From a virus (taxonomy: Duplodnaviria; Caudoviricetes), in IMG/VR virus record IMGVR_UViG_3300033067_002559, positions 1 through 29,452 of that record: a DNA stretch of 29,452 bases; one strand, given 5' to 3'. The notes beneath the pieces were generated by a model, which was given only the letters and a program-made list of their open reading frames with translations, did no database searches and was not told where the DNA came from. A program made the translations under genes and the position numbers. Positions 23,274-29,452 of this stretch are shown here, piece by piece; the stretch's first letter is position 1, and every line of letters starts with the position of its first letter.

Positions 23274-25912
23274 AGTGCACCTCCGGCGCTCTCCGCGGCC
23301 GCGCCCGCCGGCTTGCTCGCGCGCTTCGGGACGTCGCCGCTCGAGACCCACGCGTCCTTCGGCAGCCTCTTCTCGAACCGCCGCGCCTCGGCGCCCTTGG
23401 CGCGCGCGTGCTTGCGCAGCGCACCCTTGTACGCGGTGAGCGCGCCGGCCTTCGTGACCGTGTCCGCGATCCGCTCCCACGGCCTGCCCGGCTCGCGCGC
23501 AACGACGACGTGGTCGTGCCTCGCCGTGCGCACGAGCTCGTCGGGGCTGTCGTCGACGTCGGGCGTGGCGGGGCGCAGCTCCGCGGCCCGCGCTTCGAAG
23601 ATCGCGCGCAGCCGCTCGAGGTCGAACACGCTCACGTCGAGGGTCGGCACGAACTGGTGCCACGCGTCGCACAGCGCGCCGAAGTCCGGCGCGTCGAGCA
23701 ACTTCGTCTCGCCGTTGCGGCGCGCCAGCGGGATCTTGTGCAGCCGCGCGTCGTGCTCGTCGCAGAGGCGGAACCACTGCTCCTGCGTGATCGTGCCCGC
23801 GGTGAACGCCGTCCGGAACGCCTCGCTGACAGCGCGAAGCGCGGCCACACCCCAGGCCTCGCGGATCGCGCGGCGGAAGGTGTCGACGGCCAGGTCCTCG
23901 GGCGCGGCGTCGTCGGCCGGAACGGCGTCGTCGGGAGCGCTCTCGGCAGGCGTGACCTCGACCACCCTGCTCTCGAGCGCCCCGCCGGCGTCGGCCGTGA
24001 CCACGGTCTCTTCCCGGGCCACGACGCCGTCGGGCTGGAGCAGCCGGACGTGGTCGCCCGGGTCGCTGCCGCGCAGCGCGAGGTCGAACCCCTCGCGCGC
24101 GTCGAGCGCGTCCGCCGCCGGCCCGAGGTCTTCCCAGACATCGCTCCCTGCGCGCCTCGCCTCGATGCGCCACGGACGCTCCGTCGCCGGCGGCGGGATC
24201 AGGGCCGGGGTCTCCTTCGGCGTACGCTCGCGCTTCGTCGCCGCCGGCTTCGTCGCCGCGCGCTCGGCCTGCTTCGCGGACTTCTTGGCTTCCTTCTCCG
24301 CGGCGCGCTGCTTCGCAGCCTCGGCGAGCTTCTGTCGGTTCGCGTCGATCTCGTCGTCGCAGGCCGGGCACAGCCCGCCGCACGCGAGTTCGCCGTAATG
24401 GGTCAGCGTGACGCGGTCGCCCGAGCCCGCGAGGTGCTCCCTGTGGCACCGCAGGCACGTCCAGACCGGCGCGGCCTGCACGCGGAGGCCGATGCCCAGA
24501 TCGGCGGCGACCGCCTGGACGGCCGCGACGCGCGCGTCCTCGCGCGGGATCGGCGCGCACGAGATCACCGAGGCGCCGTAGGCTTCGTCCGAGCTATTCG
24601 GCCACTCCCCGGCGGAGAAGTCGACCTCGGGCGCCTCGTGCGAGGCGCGCTTCTTCTTCGGTGCGGCGCTCGGCAGCGGGTTCTCGAGGCGCGCCTGCGC
24701 GCGCTTGTCGAGCGTGTGCCATGCGGCGTACCGCACCGAGAGCGCGACGTGGGTGGACGACGGCGCGGGTGCCGCGAAGGGGTGTTCCTCCGCGGCGATG
24801 CCGTCTCGCGCGAGCACGGCCCGCACGGCCGCGATCCGCGCGGGCGGGATCACCACGCCTGAGACCTTGCGCGTGCCCGTCTCGTCGTCGTCCCACGCGA
24901 GGCCCGGGCCGTGCTCCTGCGGACCATGCAGCGAGGGCTCGTCGCGGTGACTGCCGTCGTGGTGCCGGTCGTAGTCCTCCCGCGAGATGGAGAACACCAC
25001 GCCGGGCAGGTACGGAGCCTCCGGCGGCGGCTCCTTGCTCACCGGCGTCTCGACGTACACCAGCATGTCGCCCTTCGGCGTGCGCAGTTCGATGCGTTCG
25101 CCCTCGTCGACGCCCGCCGCCTCGAGCTCGCGGTACCTCTTCTCCGCGTCGGTCTTCGTCCCCTTGAACGCCTCGCGCTCGCCGCCGTGGAGCAGGCGCG
25201 TCCACACGGTCCAGCACTCCGACGGGCGCGGCTTGCGCGCGTTCTTCGCCGGCCTCGCGGCCTCGGCCGGACCGTCGGCGTGCGGCTTCCGCGGCGCGGC
25301 CTCGATCTCGCGCAGCACCTTGCCGCCCGGGCCCGGGATCGCCTCGACCCACCAGATCCCCGCGCGACCCAGCACGCGGCGGATCCGCGCGAGGTCATCG
25401 CCGTCCACGGCGTCGCTCGCCACGACCGGGCGCCCCTGGCGGTAGCCGAACTCGTTGCCCGCCGACAGCCACTCGATCTCCGTCTCTTCGCCGGTCCAGC
25501 AGATCGCGTCGGCCACGGCCTTGTCGGCGATCAGCCGATCGAGGTCTTCCTCGAGCACGGTGATGGTGACCGGCCCGTCGGGATCCGCGGCGGACACGTG
25601 CTCCGGCTTCGTGTCCCGTTCGTCGACCTGGTGCTGCGCGGGCGACGTGGCCCGCTCGGGGGAGAGTACCGGCGGCACGTCGGCGGGCGGCGGCGCTGCG
25701 TCGGGTGCGGCGCAGAGCGCCGCCACCAGCGCCGCGCGCGCCGCCTCCTCGTCGTCCTCCGCCCGGCGGTGCGCGGCCTGCGCGCTCGCGAGCACCGCGC
25801 GCGTGTGGGCGGTCACGCCCTCGCAGCGCGCGAGCTGCTCTTTCAGCTGCGTCAGCGCGTGCGCGAGCTTCACGATGCGGTCGACGGCGGCGGTCATCTC
25901 TTCAGCGGTCAC
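23270..25912 (-). CDS. 880-aa multidomain protein with internal repeats and Zn ribbon
   Basis: Consistent GC3 bias, coupled overlaps at both ends, CLRC…CPAC. Confidence 0.75.
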   Translation of the reverse strand: MTAEEMTAAVDRIVKLAHALTQLKEQLARCEGVTAHTRAVLASAQAAHRRAEDDEEAARAALVAALCAAPDAAPPPADVPPVLSPERATSPAQHQVDERDTKPEHVSAADPDGPVTITVLEEDLDRLIADKAVADAICWTGEETEIEWLSAGNEFGYRQGRPVVASDAVDGDDLARIRRVLGRAGIWWVEAIPGPGGKVLREIEAAPRKPHADGPAEAARPAKNARKPRPSECWTVWTRLLHGGEREAFKGTKTDAEKRYRELEAAGVDEGERIELRTPKGDMLVYVETPVSKEPPPEAPYLPGVVFSISREDYDRHHDGSHRDEPSLHGPQEHGPGLAWDDDETGTRKVSGVVIPPARIAAVRAVLARDGIAAEEHPFAAPAPSSTHVALSVRYAAWHTLDKRAQARLENPLPSAAPKKKRASHEAPEVDFSAGEWPNSSDEAYGASVISCAPIPREDARVAAVQAVAADLGIGLRVQAAPVWTCLRCHREHLAGSGDRVTLTHYGELACGGLCPACDDEIDANRQKLAEAAKQRAAEKEAKKSAKQAERAATKPAATKRERTPKETPALIPPPATERPWRIEARRAGSDVWEDLGPAADALDAREGFDLALRGSDPGDHVRLLQPDGVVAREETVVTADAGGALESRVVEVTPAESAPDDAVPADDAAPEDLAVDTFRRAIREAWGVAALRAVSEAFRTAFTAGTITQEQWFRLCDEHDARLHKIPLARRNGETKLLDAPDFGALCDAWHQFVPTLDVSVFDLERLRAIFEARAAELRPATPDVDDSPDELVRTARHDHVVVAREPGRPWERIADTVTKAGALTAYKGALRKHARAKGAEARRFEKRLPKDAWVSSGDVPKRASKPAGAAAESAGGAL

Positions 25913-26303
25913 GGCGTCCTCCTGGCGTTCTTCGTGGTGGCGGCGATGGTCACGGCGTACGCAGCTTCAGCCCCCGGCAGCACGGCGGCCGGCGCGGGCT
26001 TCGCGCGCGGCCCGCGCACGACCCCCGCCGGCCGCGCCGTCGCGAGCGCGGGCGTCCCCTCGAGCCGGCGGCGGTCGGCGTCGTCCAGCACGCGCACGCG
26101 CCGCCCCCACCAGCGCCAGACGCTCCCGCGTCGCCAGGCCACCGGCGTCCCGTCGACCTCGGCGAGGGCGAGCGAGGCCCCCCCTCGCGGGGCACGTGGT
26201 ACGCGATCGTGAGGCCGTCGGCGTAGGCGATGCTCAGCAGCCGGCCGCGCGGCAGCTCGCGGCTGCTCGGGCGGAGGGGCTCGCGCTTCGGGAGTCGGGC
26301 CAT
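25909..26303 (-). pseudogene. Gene split by a frameshift at a G7 run (26178-26184)
   Basis: SD AGGAG and ATG at 26303. Coding-like codons switch to the -1 frame at GAG GGG GGG; that frame ends in a GTGA overlap with the next gene. Confidence 0.65.
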
Positions 26304-26392
26304 CGGTGTCGTGCTCCTGGGGCTCGGGGTGTTGGAGCGCGCCGCGGGTTGCGACCCCGCGCGAAGGCCTCCGGCCGCGCGCTGTCGTGTCG

Positions 26393-26971
26393 CTAGAAGT
26401 CGAAGTCGCTGGCCCCGGGCGGCGGTTCACCGATCGGCACCTCGCTCCCGTTGCTCGGCGCCGGCGCGCGGCGCGCGGGCTGCGCGGCCGCCGGGCGCGG
26501 CGCAGGGGCGGGGCGAGCTGCGGGCGGGGGCGCCGCGCGCTGCACCTTGAGCGCCGGGTTCTTCGCGTCGAACGCCGCGATCCGCGCCTTCATGCGCTCG
26601 GCGAAGCTCGCCGCCTTGCCCTCGTCGAGCGGGCGCGTGATGCCGCCGGCGGCGTTGACCCAGCGGATCTTGGTGCTCCACACGCCGCTGCCCTCGGGGT
26701 ACTCCTCGTTGACCACGACGAGCTGCACGTCGTTCGGCAGCGCGTCGATGTGCACCAGGTCGTCGCCGGTCCAGCCCATCGTGCGCAGGGCCTTGATCGT
26801 GATCTGCTCGGCCTTCTCGTTGGCGAACGAGCCGAACCAGTTGAGCGTGTGCGGATTGCCGTCCGCGTCGGCGAGCTGAAACTCGACCTGCATCTGCGGA
26901 TCGCCGTTCTTCGTCTCGCTCAGCCCCCAGCACGTCGCCTTGCCCGGATACGTTCCGTCTGCGAGTCCCAT
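26393..26971 (-). CDS. Phage single-stranded DNA-binding protein (DUF669/gp2.5-like)
   Basis: 'GTYPGK…ETKNGDPQMQVEF…EEY…KIRWVN', Pro/Ala linker, acidic-aromatic tail SDFDF; follows the Sak4-like gene. Confidence 0.75.
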   Translation of the reverse strand: MGLADGTYPGKATCWGLSETKNGDPQMQVEFQLADADGNPHTLNWFGSFANEKAEQITIKALRTMGWTGDDLVHIDALPNDVQLVVVNEEYPEGSGVWSTKIRWVNAAGGITRPLDEGKAASFAERMKARIAAFDAKNPALKVQRAAPPPAARPAPAPRPAAAQPARRAPAPSNGSEVPIGEPPPGASDFDF

Positions 26972-28035
26972 CACACACCTTCTTTCGTGGAGTCGTTGTC
27001 GCCGTTGTCGTTGTCGTCGTCCTGCGCCGCCGCCTGCGCGTCGGCGTCCGCCTGCGCCGCGAGCAGCGCGCTGACCTTGTTGAGCCCGACGCGCAGGCGC
27101 GACGTGTCGTCGCCGGCCGCGTCGGCGGCGGCGAGCAGTCGCGCCCGCACGGCCTCGTCGCGCACGCGCGCGATCGCCTCGTCGAGCTCGGCGCGCACGG
27201 CCTTCGCCGCGGCGCCCGAGCCGTGCGCCTCGTACGCGGCGAAGAACGCGTCCCACTCGAGCGGCATCTCGAACGGGAGCCCGAAGCGGTTCTTGGCGTC
27301 GAACGCCGCGCGGCGCTCGGTGTAGATGAAGCGCGCGCCGCCCGCGTAGCCCTTGGCGCGCGGCGCGTCCTCGTCGCGCGTCACGTGGGTCTTGTAGTTG
27401 GCGAAGAGCACCGCGTCGGACCACTCCTTGAGCAGCCCGCCGGCCTTCTCGTTGAGCTTCAGGTTGAAGCGGTCGTAGTCCTCGCCCTCGGGGTTCTTGA
27501 ACGTCTTGATCTGCGTGTGCGCGAGCATCACGACGTGCATGCCGCGCGCGCGCCGGAGCTTCTCGAGTCCGCCGACCAGGTGCCGCCACTCGTCGAGCGC
27601 GGCGACGTAGCCCTTGCCGAACCCGAACGCCTCGATGTTGGCCTTGCGGTTCTTCTCGCAGACGTGCTTCCAGCAGAGCGGCTCGAGCCAGTCGAGCGTG
27701 TCGAGCACGAGCGTCTGGAACGGGCTCGGCCGGTCGATCAGCTCGCGCACGGCGTCGAGCACGTCGGCCCAGCTGCGCGGCTCCGGGAAGCTCTTGGGCT
27801 TCACCGCGAGGAAGCTCGTACCGCCCTCGGGGCCGAGGAACACGGGCGTCGGCGCGGCGGCGCCGAACGTGGTCTTGCCGATGCCCTCGGGGCCGAGCAG
27901 CAGCACGCGCAGCGGGGCCTGGCCGCTCGCCTGCGTGATCGCCTCGAGCGTCATGCGCCGCGGGGCGGGCGTCGGCCCGGGCTTGGCGCCGGGCCGCGGG
28001 GGTGGTGGTGAAGCAGCGGTCGGTGTTGTCGTCAT
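26971..28035 (-). CDS. Sak4-like AAA_24 ssDNA-annealing ATPase
   Basis: Walker A GPEGIGKTT, Walker B TLVLDT, plus GFGKGY, LAH, AKNRF. SD GAGGAGG favours ATG at 28035. Confidence 0.88.
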   Translation of the reverse strand: MTTTPTAASPPPPRPGAKPGPTPAPRRMTLEAITQASGQAPLRVLLLGPEGIGKTTFGAAAPTPVFLGPEGGTSFLAVKPKSFPEPRSWADVLDAVRELIDRPSPFQTLVLDTLDWLEPLCWKHVCEKNRKANIEAFGFGKGYVAALDEWRHLVGGLEKLRRARGMHVVMLAHTQIKTFKNPEGEDYDRFNLKLNEKAGGLLKEWSDAVLFANYKTHVTRDEDAPRAKGYAGGARFIYTERRAAFDAKNRFGLPFEMPLEWDAFFAAYEAHGSGAAAKAVRAELDEAIARVRDEAVRARLLAAADAAGDDTSRLRVGLNKVSALLAAQADADAQAAAQDDDNDNGDNDSTKEGV

Positions 28036-28093
28036 GCTCAATGCCCTCCTCTTTCGGGCGGTGGTGCGCGGGGCGACGGTCCCGCGCGGTGAT

Positions 28094-29131
28094 TCACGCC
28101 GCGGGCTGCTCGCGCAGCTCGCGGTGCACGTCGGCCAGCCGGACGAAGCGCGTCGGGTCGTCGAGCGACGCGGCGCGCAGGCAGACGTCGAGAAAGCTGC
28201 AGGGGCTGCCGTGCTTGAAGCACGCGTCCGGGTTCTTCGGCGCGCGGCCGGTGCGCTCGGAGAACCGGATCAGCTCGGCGAGCTGCCAGACGTCGAAGCG
28301 GTACTCGGCGCGCTCGTCCTCGAGGCGCGGCACCTCGATCTGCGCCCCGTAGCGGTGCGGCTCGGCCGCCATCGCCCCCAGCAGCCGCTGCTCGTACGCC
28401 GCGGGACTCTCGTCCTCCTCGCGCTGGCGCGCGTCGAGCCGCGGGGGCTCGGCGGGCTTGGTGCGCGTGGCCGGCTTGCCCTTCGTGTACCGGCGCTGCT
28501 CGACCGGCGTGGCCAGCAGCGGCTTGAGCGCGGGCTTCACCAGCACGTCGTAGACGCACAGGTCGGCCACGAACCCGAGCGCGTCGGCGCCGTCGAAGTA
28601 CTGGCTCACCTGCCCGTCGAGCGCGAGCTGCGTCTGGTACGCGCTGCCCGCGCCGACGTCGGCCGACGACGTCTTGTGCTCGACGACCGCGGTCCGCCCG
28701 TCCTCCAGGCGCAGCACCAGGTCGAGCTTTCCCGCGAGGCGGAAGGTGCGGCTGGCGCACCCGCTCTCCGGGTTGAGCAGCGGCAGCTCGAACACGCGCT
28801 CGACGGCGAGCACCTCCACGGCCCGTCCGTCCCACTGCTCGGCGTAGAAGACGAGCATCGCGCGGGCGCGGGCGGCGACGTACGCGTCTTCGAACTCCGG
28901 CAGCGCGGCGAGCGCGGCCTCGAGGGCCAGGTCGCCGGGGAAGCGGGCCGCGTCCGCGTCGAGCCGCTGGCGCGTGCGCCAGTACGCCTCGAGCGCGGCG
29001 TGGATCGCGGTGCCGAAGGTCAGCGCGCTCGCCTCGCGCGCCGGGCGGTAGCCCAGCGTGTAGGCGTAGCGGTGCTGCCGGGCGCACGCGCGGTAGCTCT
29101 TCAGGCGGCTGTGGGTGAGCAGCTCGGTCAC
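28094..29131 (-). CDS. PD-(D/E)XK (RecB/Cas4-like) exonuclease
   Basis: 'HSRLKSYRAC', 'FGTAIHAALE', 'GKLD', 'EHKT', 'QVSQY', and three C-terminal Cys (Fe-S pattern). Confidence 0.88.
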   Translation of the reverse strand: MTELLTHSRLKSYRACARQHRYAYTLGYRPAREASALTFGTAIHAALEAYWRTRQRLDADAARFPGDLALEAALAALPEFEDAYVAARARAMLVFYAEQWDGRAVEVLAVERVFELPLLNPESGCASRTFRLAGKLDLVLRLEDGRTAVVEHKTSSADVGAGSAYQTQLALDGQVSQYFDGADALGFVADLCVYDVLVKPALKPLLATPVEQRRYTKGKPATRTKPAEPPRLDARQREEDESPAAYEQRLLGAMAAEPHRYGAQIEVPRLEDERAEYRFDVWQLAELIRFSERTGRAPKNPDACFKHGSPCSFLDVCLRAASLDDPTRFVRLADVHRELREQPAA

Positions 29132-29385
29132 GACGCGCGCTCCTGCCCGACCGCCTCGTCGCTCCCGGTCCAGACCCAGCCCTGGCCGTCGTGCGCGCAC
29201 CCGGGCAGCTCCATCAGGGCCCGCTCGGCCTCGCCGTTGGGCAGCACCCCGTCGGCGCGGGCCTGCGGGCGGCCGTGCGCGTCGCGGGCGAAGGTCGCGC
29301 CGGCCTGGCCCTCGAGCAGCACCAGGCCGAACGCGTGGGCGACGGGCGCGGGGAGGCGCCAGTGCCAGGGCGGGAGGCGGCTCAC
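29128..29385 (-). CDS. Hypothetical protein
   Basis: GTGA overlaps on both sides. Confidence 0.55.
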   Translation of the reverse strand: MSRLPPWHWRLPAPVAHAFGLVLLEGQAGATFARDAHGRPQARADGVLPNGEAERALMELPGCAHDGQGWVWTGSDEAVGQERAS

Positions 29386-29452
29386 CGCGCACCCCGCCGG
29401 TCGCACGCCGCGAGCAGCACGGCGACGCCGAAGACGAGCCCGGCGGCGACGC
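29382..29452 (-). CDS. Partial small hydrophobic protein
   Basis: …VAAGLVFGVAVLLAACDRRGAR*, cut by the window edge. Confidence 0.4.
   Translation of the reverse strand, partial: VAAGLVFGVAVLLAACDRRGAR

Noticed and set aside
26304-26430. Upstream start (26430) for the 25909 ORF
   Set aside because: It overlaps the SSB end and lacks an SD, and its 5' part looks non-coding. The SD and ATG at 26303 in the other frame are better supported.
28094-29131. CRISPR Cas4 or a CRISPR-Cas system
   Set aside because: No array or other cas genes were seen, and the Sak4/SSB context indicates a phage recombination nuclease.

Overview
A very GC-rich segment of a temperate, contractile-tailed (myovirus-like) phage. 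The host is probably a myxobacterium; this is inferred from composition, Cys-rich lipoproteins and an Mx8-like int/attP layout. Positions 1-9.75 kb (+) hold the baseplate and tail-fibre operon, interrupted at 1.87-3.65 kb by an antisense lipoprotein gene and a direct-repeat-flanked HTH/antirepressor-like cassette. Positions 9.8-14.8 kb (+) hold a non-canonical lysis/envelope module: membrane proteins, lipoproteins, a phosphodiester-glycosidase-like enzyme, a candidate endolysin and an HEXXH protease lipoprotein. Positions 14.85-29.45 kb (-) hold early genes: PD-(D/E)XK nuclease, Sak4-like ATPase, SSB, a gene frameshifted at a G7 run, an 880-aa repeat protein, an NDT-family enzyme, Xis, a tyrosine integrase and many small accessory genes. 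An intact attP (tRNA-fMet-like 3' end, terminator and candidate arm repeats) lies inside the integrase ORF with phage genes on both sides, so this is probably the free or excised form. All family calls come from recognising motifs by eye; no searches were run.
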